Origin: Verrucomicrobiota bacterium
GTDB taxonomy: Bacteria > Verrucomicrobiota > Verrucomicrobiia > Limisphaerales > CANJSG01
Assembly (NCBI GenBank): GCA_038209745.1
Contig: JBBQXJ010000013.1
Coordinates: forward strand, 1 to 64,000
Direction of reading: 5' to 3'
DNA length: 64,000 nucleotides
Both the position numbers and the translations under genes were made by a program. How positions within the stretch are numbered: the first letter of the stretch is position 1; the number at the start of each line of letters is the position of its first letter. Of this stretch, positions 49,566-59,182 are shown in pieces. The notes under the pieces are model-generated. The model did not search any database and was not told where the DNA came from. It saw nothing but the letters and a program-made list of their open reading frames with translations.

Positions 49566-51323
49566 CTACAATCCGTGTTTCTTCCGCTTCGCCGAGAGGG
49601 CTTCGAGGAGTTTGGGGAGCGGGAGGGTGTTGATCACTTCGGCGGCGGCGAGGCCGCCTTTGCGGGCGATGTGGGCGCCGAGGCGGAGCCAGCCGACGTG
49701 GTGCAGCCGGTGGGCGTCACAGTTGACGACGCACCTCACGCCCTTGGACCGGGCGTAGCGCCAGAGGCGCCAGTCCATGTCGAGGCGGTAGGGGCTGGCG
49801 TTGATCTCGATCCAGGTGCCGGTGGCGGCGCAGGCGTCGATCACGGCGTGTTGGTTCACTTTGTAGGGCTGGCGTTCCAAGAGGAGGCGGCCGGTGAGAT
49901 GGCCGAGCATGTGGACGTGCGGATTCATGGCCGCCTTGATCAGGCGGTTGGTGTTGTCGGCTTCTTCGCGGCTCGGCACGTGGAGGCTGGCGACCACGAC
50001 ATCGAGCTTCGCGAGCAGGTCGTTGTCGAAGTCGAGACCGTCCTTGAGGATGTCCACTTCACTGCCGGTCAATAGCCGAAAGTCGGTGCCGTCGTCGGCC
50101 AGCTTCCGGTTCATCGCGGCCACTTCCTCGAGTTGTTTCGTGAGCCGCACTGCGTCGAGGCCGTTCGCCTGGAAGGAGGCGCGGGAATGGTCGGTGATGG
50201 CCCAGTAGGAGAGGCCGAGTTCCTGCATGTGCTCGACGATCGCCTCCAGGCTGTCGCGGCCGTCGCTCCAATTGGAATGATTATGGAGCGAGCCCTTGAG
50301 GTCGGTCCATTCGATCAGGTCGGGCGTGCGGCCGGTTTCGGCGAGGCTGAATTCGCCCTGGTCTTCGCGCAGTTCCGGCGGGACGTAGGCGAGGCCGAGC
50401 TTGGCGAAGATCTCCTCCTCGGTGGCGCATTTCTCCAGCAACGCCGGGTCGCGGGTCTCTTCCTTGGAGCGGAAAAGCCCGTATTCGTTGAGTCGCAGGC
50501 CGCGCTCGATGGCGCGCTGGCGCATGACGATGTTGTGCTCCTTGCTGCCGGTGAAGTAGGCGAGGGCGAAGGGAAACTCGGCGTCGCTGACGACCCGGAG
50601 ATCGGCCTGGATGCCTCCTTCGAGGACGACGCTGGCCTTGGTCTCGCCCTTGGCGCTGACGCTGAGAATGCCGGGACGATTGACGAAGAACTCGATGACT
50701 TCGGAGGGGTTCCTGGACGAGGCGAGGAAGTCGATGTCGCCAATGACTTCCTTCCAACGCCGCAGGCTGCCCGCGAGGCTGCAACGGGTGACTTCGGAGT
50801 GGGCGCGGAGGTCGTCGAGGATCGGATCGGCGGCCTGGAGCGCGTCGGACAGACGATGGCGGGAGGCAAACTGGCGCTTGAACGAGATGCCCTCGAGGAT
50901 CTTGGCCTGGGTCTTTTCGCCGAAGCCGTCGAGCGTGGCGACCCTGCCCTGCATACAGGCGGCTTCGAGTTCTTCGACGGACGTGACCCCAAGTTCGTCG
51001 TTCAGCTTTTTGACCTTCTTCGGGCCGAGACCAGAGATCGAAAGCATGTCCACAAGACCGGCGGGAACCGAGGCTTTCAGCTCCTCGTAGTAGGGCAGCC
51101 GGCCGGTGGTGACGAGGATGGTGATCTTTTGCTGGAGCGCGTCGCCGAAACCCTTCACCTCGCCCAGGCGCTTTTCGGCGACGAGCGTTTCCAGCGGTTC
51201 GGAAAGGCCTTCGAGGGTGCGCGCGGCGTTGGTGTAGGCCCGGGTCTTGAAGGGGTTTTCGCCCTTCAATTCCAGGAGCACGCCGATCTCCTCAAGGATC
51301 TCCGCCACATCGTCTTTGGTCAT
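49566..51323 (-). CDS. polX: DNA polymerase/3'-5' exonuclease PolX (PolX-PHP)
   Basis: ENPFKTRAY, GLGPKK, AGSLRRWKEVIGDIDFL, QADLRVV, FTGSKEHN, PHP LHNHSNWSDG, TDHS, DAH. Confidence 0.97.
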   Translation of the reverse strand: MTKDDVAEILEEIGVLLELKGENPFKTRAYTNAARTLEGLSEPLETLVAEKRLGEVKGFGDALQQKITILVTTGRLPYYEELKASVPAGLVDMLSISGLGPKKVKKLNDELGVTSVEELEAACMQGRVATLDGFGEKTQAKILEGISFKRQFASRHRLSDALQAADPILDDLRAHSEVTRCSLAGSLRRWKEVIGDIDFLASSRNPSEVIEFFVNRPGILSVSAKGETKASVVLEGGIQADLRVVSDAEFPFALAYFTGSKEHNIVMRQRAIERGLRLNEYGLFRSKEETRDPALLEKCATEEEIFAKLGLAYVPPELREDQGEFSLAETGRTPDLIEWTDLKGSLHNHSNWSDGRDSLEAIVEHMQELGLSYWAITDHSRASFQANGLDAVRLTKQLEEVAAMNRKLADDGTDFRLLTGSEVDILKDGLDFDNDLLAKLDVVVASLHVPSREEADNTNRLIKAAMNPHVHMLGHLTGRLLLERQPYKVNQHAVIDACAATGTWIEINASPYRLDMDWRLWRYARSKGVRCVVNCDAHRLHHVGWLRLGAHIARKGGLAAAEVINTLPLPKLLEALSAKRKKHGL

Positions 51324-51385
51324 GGTGAAGCCGGAAGGTAGCCCGCTCTTGAAACAGGGCCAGCGGAAATACGGTGCCGGCCGAC

Positions 51386-51417
51386 AAAACAAAAGACCCG
51401 GCGTTTCAGGCCGGGTC
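51386..51417 (-). terminator. intrinsic terminator after chdC
   Basis: Stem GACCCGGC / GCCGGGTC (51395-51417), followed on the minus strand by TTTTGTTT. Confidence 0.75.
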
Positions 51418-51442
51418 CGCGCGTTCCAGATTCACCAGAATC

Positions 51443-52261
51443 TCACAGCTTGAGATGCTCCCACAGGTCCTTCGGATCGAGCCGGAGGTTGATGTAGAAG
51501 GGACCGAAATCGCCGAAGCGCGCCGTGACTTCGTCGAAGCGCATCTCGTAGACGATGTTCTTCACGTCGTCGAGGTTGTGGGCCATCAGGGTGACGCCCC
51601 ATTCCCAGTCGTCGATGCCGGTGGAGCCGGTGATGAGCTGGGAGATCTTGCCGGCGTATTTGCGACCCGTTTTGGCATGGGTGCCCATGAGCTTCTTCCG
51701 ATCGTCGAAGGAAAGCATATACCAGTTGTCGGCCAGCTCCCGCTTCTTGCTCATCGGGTAGAAGGCCATGATCTCCCAGTCCTGCAGCTCGGGATTGAGC
51801 CGGTAGTGCTTGTAGTCGTCGTTGCGCTTCTTCGCGGCGGCGAAGGCTTCGTCGAACTCCGGCGTGCCGGGCTGGGGCTTCTTCTCGCCCTGTTCGACCA
51901 TGCGCTTGAGGTCGTCGTCCGTGGTGACGTATTCCGGCAGCTCGGTGACGCTGAGATACGTGAAGACCGGCGACAGGGTGCCGGCGGGAAAAACGCACTC
52001 GATCTCGCGCTGCATGGCGCTGATCTCCTGGAGCTCGGCGGCGTAGAGGATGAAGGCGATGTCAGCCTTGCCGCCGACATTGGCGAAGGTTGAGACGCGC
52101 GGCGCGGCGGGCCCGGCAAAGCGCTCGCACAGAGCCTCCAGATCGGCCAGGGCTTCGTTGCATTCGCCCCGGGAGAGTTCGCTCCAGGCGATGCGGTCGA
52201 TTTGGAAGAACAGATGCATCACGTGGATGCCTTCGTGGAGTTTTACGGAGGGGATGGGCAT
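51443..52261 (-). CDS. hemQ: coproheme decarboxylase / chlorite dismutase-like heme protein
   Basis: KAD, YLSVTEL, FYPMSKKR, NWYML, H..TGRKYAG, GSTGIDDWEWGVTL, IVYEMRFDE. Confidence 0.88.
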   Translation of the reverse strand: MPIPSVKLHEGIHVMHLFFQIDRIAWSELSRGECNEALADLEALCERFAGPAAPRVSTFANVGGKADIAFILYAAELQEISAMQREIECVFPAGTLSPVFTYLSVTELPEYVTTDDDLKRMVEQGEKKPQPGTPEFDEAFAAAKKRNDDYKHYRLNPELQDWEIMAFYPMSKKRELADNWYMLSFDDRKKLMGTHAKTGRKYAGKISQLITGSTGIDDWEWGVTLMAHNLDDVKNIVYEMRFDEVTARFGDFGPFYINLRLDPKDLWEHLKL

Positions 52262-52353
52262 GGGAAAATAGTCGGCGGTCGGTTCGTTTCGGTTTTAGAA
52301 AATTTGACGGAAAAATGCCGGTCAAACGAAGTCCACCCTCGCCGGCGACCACT

Positions 52354-52728
52354 TCACTCCACCCTCAGCACATGCTCCAACAACTGCGGCAGCTGCCCGC
52401 CGATGCTGGACACATGCGCGACCAGCGCGACGCCGGCCGCCTGCGCGGCGGCGAGCAGCTTCGGGTCCGGGTCCCCGGCCATGCCGAGGATGGGGATGTG
52501 GCTCGTCTCGCCGTTGGCCTTCACCGCTTTGACCTCTTCGAGGATGTTGCCCTTGCGGACCCGCAGATCCACCACGACGACCATCGGCTTTTCGCGCGCG
52601 ACCACGGCGGCGAACTGCTCGACGTCCAGCACCGTCAGGACCCGGTAGCCGAGATCCTGCATCCGGTGGATCAGCTGGGATCCCGGAAGCAACTGCTCGT
52701 AAAAAATCAGCGCCAAAGGCTGCGTCAT
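52354..52728 (-). CDS. atypical single-domain receiver (CheY-like) protein
   Basis: C-terminal part of ORF 52354..53781: MTQPLALIFYEQLL..LGYRV..KPMVVVVDL..TSHIPILGM..AAQAAGV; lacks the acidic pair and the KP. Confidence 0.75.
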   Translation of the reverse strand: MTQPLALIFYEQLLPGSQLIHRMQDLGYRVLTVLDVEQFAAVVAREKPMVVVVDLRVRKGNILEEVKAVKANGETSHIPILGMAGDPDPKLLAAAQAAGVALVAHVSSIGGQLPQLLEHVLRVE

Positions 52729-52881
52729 TGGGGGAGATTGGGAAACGGCCGCAGCCTTGGCAACCACTCCCTTTGAGCCGGTGCGCGGAACAGGGCAGAC
52801 CCCCGTCCAAGGTGGCACTGGCCGGAAGGGACTGGCGCAACCCCGGACAATCTGTAGGATACCAAACCGATTTTCACCGTT

Positions 52882-55800
52882 ATGACCGCCACACCTTCCT
52901 CCTCCCAGACCGCGCCCAAACGCCGTTGGCTGAAACGCCTCGGCCTCGCCGCCGGTGTCCTCGTCCTGCTGCTTTTCGTCGCCTATTTCGTCGTCACCAG
53001 CAGCGCCTTCCTCAAGGGCGTCGTGCTGCCCCGGGTCGGCACGGCCATCAACGCCACTGTTTCCGCCGACGCGGTGGCTCTCAGTCCATTCTCCAGTCTC
53101 AGTGTTTCCGGCCTCAAGGTGACGACCACTGGCAGCGAACCACTCGTGGAGGTGAAGGACTTCCGCGTCCGTTACAACCTCTCGGACATCCTCGCCGGCA
53201 AGATCACGGTGGACGAGCTGACCCTTGATTCGCCGGCGATCCACCTCGTGCTCAACGCCGACGGCACCAGCAACCTCGATCCCCTTCTCAAAGGAAGCTC
53301 CGAGCCGGCGAAAAAGCCCAAGTCGGGCGCTCCGCCGCAGCTCGCCGTCCGCAACGTCCAGCTGAAGAACGCCCTCGTCCACGTCGTGCAGAAGCAAAAG
53401 GACGGCACGGAGGCGATCTATGAGATCAGCGGCCTCAACGTGTCCCTCGACCAACTGGTCAACGGCGCCAAAAGCACCGTCAAGATCGGCGCCGCGCTCA
53501 AGGGCAGCCTGACCGGCACCAACGCCTTCACTTTCGCCGGCACTCTCGACGGCGAAGTGGCCGCCGACCTCGCCGCCGATCTTCTGCCCAAGCAGGCCAC
53601 CGGCGCGATCAAGGCCGCCGTCTCCGACGCGACCGGCGCCCTGGCCACGGCCAAGGGCTTCCAGATCACCCTGAACACCGACCTCACCCCGACGGAACTG
53701 CGCGATCTTTCCCTCGGCGTGCTCCGCAATTCCGAGTCGCTCGCCACATTGAAGGTCTCCGGGCCGTTCGACGCCGCCCAACGCAGCGGCCAGTTGAAGA
53801 TCGCCTTGACCGGCGTGGACCGGCGCCTCCTCGGGTTCGTGCGGGAACTGACCGGCACCGACTTCGTCGATTCCGCCCTGTCGCTCGCGGCCGACGTCTC
53901 CTTGGCCGACGGCGGGAAGCAGCTCGGCGTGGTCGGCTCGTTCACCGGCAAGGCGCTCAGCGTGAAACCGCGCGGCGGCCAGGCCACCCCTCCGACCGAT
54001 CTGGCGCTAACCTACGATGTTTCCCTGAAGGACAACGTCGCGACGATCCGCGATCTGAGCCTGTCGCCGGCCGTCAACGGCAAGCCGGGCGGCCTCGTTA
54101 AGATCGGCGGCGACTACGATCTGAAAACCGGTTCCGGCAGTGCGACCCTCCATCTCGCCGGGCTGAACCAGGATTTGGTGAATCCTTTCGTGGGCACCGC
54201 GCTCCCCGACCGCGAACTTGTCTCCATGTCGCTCGCGGGAGACGCCACGGCCCGACTGGTCAACGGTGTCCCGGTCGCGCTGAAAGCCGCCATCGACCTG
54301 TCGAACGTCGTCACCCGCGCCAACGGTTCCGCCAAAGCCGACGCCCCGATGCGCCTCCTTCTCAACACCGACCTGACGCCGACCGACCTCCACGACCTGT
54401 CCCTGACCGTCTTCCGCAACTCCGACACGCTCGGCGCGCTCAAGGTGTCCGGTCCGTTCGACGCCCTCAAGCGCAACGGCCAGTTGAAGGTGGCCTTGAC
54501 CGGCATCGACCGTCGCGTCCTCGGCTTCGTGCGGGATCTCACCGGAACCGACTTCGGCGATTCCGCCCTGTCGCTCAACGCCGACATCACCATGGCCGAC
54601 GGCGGCAAACAGCTCGGCGTGGTCGGCAAGCTCGACGGAAAAGCGCTCAGCGTGAAACCGAGGGGCGGCGGCGCGACGCCCCCGACCGACTTGGCGCTCA
54701 CCTATGATGTCGGTCTCCAGGACGACGTGGCCACGATCCGCGCCCTGACCCTGGCCCCGGCCGTCAATGGCCGCGCCGGCGGCCGCGTCGGAGTCACCGG
54801 AAACTTCAACACCAAGACCCGCTCCGGCTCCGTCACCGTCCAATTGACCGACCTCAACCAGGACCTCGTCAATCCGTTCATGGGCGGCGCCATCGCCGGT
54901 CGCGACCTGCTATCCATGTCGCTCGGCGGCGACGCCACGGTCCAACTCGTCGACGGCGGTCTTATCGGATTAAAGGCCGGATTCTCCCTGTCGAACCTGG
55001 TCACCCGGGCCAAAGGCAACCCCAAGGCCGACGCGCCGCTGGAGTTCGCCGTTTCGACCGATGTCGGGATGAAAGGCCCCGTGATCGATCTGCGGAGTCT
55101 TCTAGTGCATCTCCCCCCGACGACCAACGCCGACAACCGGCTCACGTTGAGCGGCACGGTTGACCGGACCAAGCCCGACGCGATCTCCGGCCAACTGACT
55201 CTCGCCTCGGACGCGCTCGACCTCACCGAGATCTACGACCTATTGGCCGGCGGACCCTCGGCCACGAACGCGCCGGCCGCCAAGACCGGATCAACCGCGC
55301 CTTCCACCCACGAGGAGCCTGCGCCCATCACCTTGCCCGTGGGCGACTTCAAGATCGCCGCCAAGATCGGCCGGATCCTTCTCCGCGAGGTCGTCGCAAC
55401 CAACCTGGTCCTGAACGCCCGGGCCACTCCGTCCACCATCATGGTCAAACCATTGACCCTGTCCCTCAACGGCGCGCCCGTCTCCGTCAACGCGGATCTC
55501 GACCTAGGAGTGAAAGGATGGCGCTACGATGTCGGGTTGAAGCTCGACCGCGTGCCCGTGCGGCCCTTCGCCGACTCGTTCATGCCCGACCGCCGCGGTC
55601 AACTGGACGGGACGTTGCTGGTGGACGGTTCCGTCAAGGGCGCCGGCATCACGGGAACCAACCTCAAGAAATCGCTGACCGGCGGGGCTTCGTTCAGCCT
55701 GACCAACGTCGATGTCCAGGTCGTCTCCGAAAAATGGAAACCCGTGCTGACCGTGATCGGATTGGCGCTGCGGATCACCGACATCACCCAGTCGCCGTTG

Positions 55801-56301
55801 AACGCGATCTACAGCGACGTGCGCTTCGGCGGGGGCAACATCGACCTGAAGCGCTTCACCGTGGAGAGCGAAGCGTTCCGCGCGAACGCGACGACCGTCG
55901 TGCCCATCGCCGACGTGTTGAACGATTCACCCTTGGACTCGGTGCCGGTGGCGGTGGAACTCCGCCGCTCGCTCGCGCAGAAGGCCAACCTGCTGCCGGA
56001 CAACACACCGACCAACACGAAGTATGCGGCCCTCCCGAGCTTCGTAAAACTGAAGGGAACCCTCGGGAAGCCCGAGGCGGACATCGACAAGGGCGCCATC
56101 GCTCTGGTGCTGCTAAAATCGACGCCGGCCGGAGCCGTCGTGAATGCCGCGGAGGGCGTCCTGAAGACGGGAACCGGAGCCGTCGGCAACGTCCTTGGCG
56201 GGCTCCTCGGCACCGGCACTTCGACCAACGCGCCCGCCGGCGGGACCAACGCCCCGCCCAAGAATCCACTCAAGGATCTGCTGAATCCATTCCGCCGCTG
56301 A
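52882..56301 (+). CDS. AsmA family protein with internal 230-aa tandem duplication
   Basis: N-terminal TM, LTLDSPAIHLVLNADGTSNLDPLL AsmA-type motif, all-beta body, C-terminal KLKGTLGKP. Confidence 0.88.
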   Translation: MTATPSSSQTAPKRRWLKRLGLAAGVLVLLLFVAYFVVTSSAFLKGVVLPRVGTAINATVSADAVALSPFSSLSVSGLKVTTTGSEPLVEVKDFRVRYNLSDILAGKITVDELTLDSPAIHLVLNADGTSNLDPLLKGSSEPAKKPKSGAPPQLAVRNVQLKNALVHVVQKQKDGTEAIYEISGLNVSLDQLVNGAKSTVKIGAALKGSLTGTNAFTFAGTLDGEVAADLAADLLPKQATGAIKAAVSDATGALATAKGFQITLNTDLTPTELRDLSLGVLRNSESLATLKVSGPFDAAQRSGQLKIALTGVDRRLLGFVRELTGTDFVDSALSLAADVSLADGGKQLGVVGSFTGKALSVKPRGGQATPPTDLALTYDVSLKDNVATIRDLSLSPAVNGKPGGLVKIGGDYDLKTGSGSATLHLAGLNQDLVNPFVGTALPDRELVSMSLAGDATARLVNGVPVALKAAIDLSNVVTRANGSAKADAPMRLLLNTDLTPTDLHDLSLTVFRNSDTLGALKVSGPFDALKRNGQLKVALTGIDRRVLGFVRDLTGTDFGDSALSLNADITMADGGKQLGVVGKLDGKALSVKPRGGGATPPTDLALTYDVGLQDDVATIRALTLAPAVNGRAGGRVGVTGNFNTKTRSGSVTVQLTDLNQDLVNPFMGGAIAGRDLLSMSLGGDATVQLVDGGLIGLKAGFSLSNLVTRAKGNPKADAPLEFAVSTDVGMKGPVIDLRSLLVHLPPTTNADNRLTLSGTVDRTKPDAISGQLTLASDALDLTEIYDLLAGGPSATNAPAAKTGSTAPSTHEEPAPITLPVGDFKIAAKIGRILLREVVATNLVLNARATPSTIMVKPLTLSLNGAPVSVNADLDLGVKGWRYDVGLKLDRVPVRPFADSFMPDRRGQLDGTLLVDGSVKGAGITGTNLKKSLTGGASFSLTNVDVQVVSEKWKPVLTVIGLALRITDITQSPLNAIYSDVRFGGGNIDLKRFTVESEAFRANATTVVPIADVLNDSPLDSVPVAVELRRSLAQKANLLPDNTPTNTKYAALPSFVKLKGTLGKPEADIDKGAIALVLLKSTPAGAVVNAAEGVLKTGTGAVGNVLGGLLGTGTSTNAPAGGTNAPPKNPLKDLLNPFRR

Positions 56302-56454
56302 GACGCCCGGACCCTTCGGGAGCGCGGACGACCCAATCCGCGTCCTCCTCTTTCGGCATCAATCGCCGGACAGGGGCGAAGTGCACGAAAGCTGAACAAA
56401 AAGACCGATGTTTCCCCTAGCCGGACCGGTCTCTCCCGGTAGCCTCGGAGGCAC

Positions 56455-57693
56455 ATGACCACAGCCGAACTGGAAAAGACGGTGCGCGCCACCGTCGCCA
56501 AGACGCCGATCCAGGACATTCATACCCACCTGTATGATCCCGCGTTCGGCGACCTGCTCCTCTGGGGCATCGATGAACTGCTGGTCTACCACTACCTGGT
56601 GGCGGAGTCGTTCCGCTACTTCTCCATGTCCTACGCGGAGTTCTGGGCCCTGCCGAAGTCGCGCCAGGCCGAGCTGATCTGGGACGTCCTCTTCATCCAG
56701 AATTCTCCCGTCTCCGAGTCCTGCCGGGGCGTGCTGACCACGCTGAACAACCTCGGCCTCGACGTGAAGAAGCGCGACCTGCCGAAGCTCCGCAAGTGGT
56801 TCGCCAAGCAGAAACCCGGCGCCTATATCGACCACTGCATGGAGCTCGCCGGGGTCAGCGACATCTGCATGACCAATTCGCCGTTCGACGACCTCGAACG
56901 CCCCGTCTGGGAAAGGGGCTTCAAGCGCCACCCGGCCTTCTCCTCCGCGCTGCGCATCGATCCGATCCTGATGGATTGGAAGTCCGCCGCGCCCAAGCTG
57001 GCCGCGTGGGGCTACCAGGTTTCGTCCGGCCGCCCGAACCAAAAGACCTTCGACGAGATCCGCCGCTTCTTCGCGGACTGGACGAAGCGCATGGACGCCC
57101 GCTACCTGATGGTCTCTCTCCAGCCCACCTACATGGTGCCCGCCGCGACGGATGAAGCCGCGATCATCGAGGGCGCGGTCATGCCGCATTGCCGCGAGTT
57201 CGGCATCCCCTTCGCCGTCATGCCGGGCGTGAAGAAGCTGATCAATCCCGACCTCCGCCTCGCCGGCGACGGCGTCGGCCGCAGCGACCTGATGCTCCTG
57301 CAGAACCTCTGCGGCATGTATCCGGACAACAAGATCGCGGCCACGCTCCTCTCCCGTGAAAACCATCAGGAAGCCGCCGTGCTCGCCCGCAAATTCCGCA
57401 ACCTCCACATCTTCGGCTGCTGGTGGTTCACGAACATTCCGGAGCTGATCAACGAGATCACCCGGATGCGCATCGAACTGCTCGGCCTGAGCTTCACGCC
57501 GCAGCACTCCGACGCCCGCGTGCTCGACCAGATCGTCTACAAGTGGGACCACAGCCGGAAGATCATCGCCGACATCCTCGTGGAGAAATACCGCGACCTC
57601 GCCGCCACCGGCTGGGCCACGACCAAGTCCGAGATCGAGCGCGACGTGAAGAACCTCTTCGGCGGGGCGTTCGAAGCCTTCTGCAGGCGGTAG
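56455..57693 (+). CDS. uxaC: glucuronate (uronate) isomerase, short Bacillus halodurans-type
   Basis: DIHTHL, WGIDELLVYHYL, CMTNSPFD, FGCWWF, QHSDARVLDQIVYKW. Confidence 0.88.
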   Translation: MTTAELEKTVRATVAKTPIQDIHTHLYDPAFGDLLLWGIDELLVYHYLVAESFRYFSMSYAEFWALPKSRQAELIWDVLFIQNSPVSESCRGVLTTLNNLGLDVKKRDLPKLRKWFAKQKPGAYIDHCMELAGVSDICMTNSPFDDLERPVWERGFKRHPAFSSALRIDPILMDWKSAAPKLAAWGYQVSSGRPNQKTFDEIRRFFADWTKRMDARYLMVSLQPTYMVPAATDEAAIIEGAVMPHCREFGIPFAVMPGVKKLINPDLRLAGDGVGRSDLMLLQNLCGMYPDNKIAATLLSRENHQEAAVLARKFRNLHIFGCWWFTNIPELINEITRMRIELLGLSFTPQHSDARVLDQIVYKWDHSRKIIADILVEKYRDLAATGWATTKSEIERDVKNLFGGAFEAFCRR

Positions 57694-57807
57694 GAGGGGG
57701 TCCGGCGTAACCCGTTTTCAAGTTGGAAAGACGGCGCGCCAACCGAGCCGCCTCTTTCCGTCCTGTCCCCGCGTGACCCGGCGGGCCAGGGCGACTAGTC
57801 TAACGGC

Positions 57808-59163
57808 ATGACCGAGTCCTTGACCGAGGTCGCTATCATCCTCGTTCTGCTGCTTTTCAACGGGGTCTTCGCCATGGCGGAGATCGCGGTCGTCTCGGCG
57901 CGAAAAGGGCGGCTCCGCCATCTTGCGGACGAAGGAAACCACAGCGCCCGGGCCGCGTTGGACCTCGCCGAATCGCCCAACCGCTTCCTTTCCACCGTGC
58001 AGGTGGGCATCACCCTCGTCGGCATCGTGGCCGGGGCGTTCGGCGGTGCGACGCTGGCGGCGAGGCTCGCGGTGCCATTGGCCAAGGTCGATTTCCTCGC
58101 TCCATATGCTGACAAGCTCGCGTTCTTCCTCGTGGTCGCGGCCATCACCTACCTCTCGCTGGTGCTGGGAGAACTCGTCCCCAAGCGGGTGGGCCTGGGC
58201 AATCCCGAGGGAATCGCCATGGCGGTGGCACGCCCCATGAACTGGCTGTCCAGCGTGGCCTCGCCGCTGGTGAGCTTCCTGGTCGCGTCCACCGAGGGAC
58301 TCCTGCGGCTGCTGGGTTTCAAACCCTCGAAGCGTGCGGCGGCCTCGGAGGAAGAAGTGCGCGTGCTCATGCAGGAAGGGCTCCGCGCAGGCTCCTTCAA
58401 CCGCGTGGAGAGCGAGATCGTCCACAGCGCGCTGGAGCTGGACCAATTGCGGGTGCGGGAAATCATGACGCCGAAACGGAAGGTCGTCTGGCTGGAAAAG
58501 GCCGATTCCCACGACCGGATCTGGCACAAGATCGTCGTCAGCAACCACACCCACTTCCCGGTCTACGAAAACGACCGGGACCACGTCGTCGGCATCGTCT
58601 CGCTGAAGGCGATCTACGCCCACCTCGCAGCCGGCATCCCCGTGGTCCTGAAGAACCTCATGACGACCCCGCTCGTGGTGCCGGAGACGCAGATCGTCCT
58701 CCAACTGGTGGAGATCTTCAAACAAACCGGCCGTCACATCGCGCTGGTGACGGACGAATTCGGCGACACGGTCGGACTGGTGACCTTGAACGACGTGATG
58801 GAGGCGGTGGTTGGCGAATTCCCGCCACAGGGCGAGCGGGGCACCCCCGCCGCCATCAAGCGACAGGACGGCACCTGGCTGTTGGACGGGATGCTCGACC
58901 CGGACGCGGTGGAACGGGCGCTTCCGGGATTCACGTTTGGCGACGGACCCCACACGGAATACCAGACGTTGGCCGGTTTCCTCGTGAAGCGCTTCGGCCA
59001 GGTTCCCAAGGAGGGCGAAACGCTGGAGATTCAAGGCTATGTCTTCGAGATCCTCGACATGGACCGGCACCGTGTGAACAAGGTGTTGGTCCTGCGGGCG
59101 CCGACGTCCGACGGGAATCCAGCGACCGGACCCGAGAACAGAATTGATCAGCAACCCGAATGA
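57808..59163 (+). CDS. hemolysin/CNNM family protein (DUF21-CBS-CorC)
   Basis: NGVFAMAEIAVVS, FLSTVQVGIT, GELVPK, VREIMTP, DEFG, YQTLAGF. Confidence 0.95.
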   Translation: MTESLTEVAIILVLLLFNGVFAMAEIAVVSARKGRLRHLADEGNHSARAALDLAESPNRFLSTVQVGITLVGIVAGAFGGATLAARLAVPLAKVDFLAPYADKLAFFLVVAAITYLSLVLGELVPKRVGLGNPEGIAMAVARPMNWLSSVASPLVSFLVASTEGLLRLLGFKPSKRAAASEEEVRVLMQEGLRAGSFNRVESEIVHSALELDQLRVREIMTPKRKVVWLEKADSHDRIWHKIVVSNHTHFPVYENDRDHVVGIVSLKAIYAHLAAGIPVVLKNLMTTPLVVPETQIVLQLVEIFKQTGRHIALVTDEFGDTVGLVTLNDVMEAVVGEFPPQGERGTPAAIKRQDGTWLLDGMLDPDAVERALPGFTFGDGPHTEYQTLAGFLVKRFGQVPKEGETLEIQGYVFEILDMDRHRVNKVLVLRAPTSDGNPATGPENRIDQQPE

Positions 59164-59182
59164 CAACCACCTTCAGATCCAG

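Noticed and set aside
49566..51323. PolX as a catalytically dead variant
   Set aside because: The GDID and third Asp (ADLR) residues are present, so it looks canonical.
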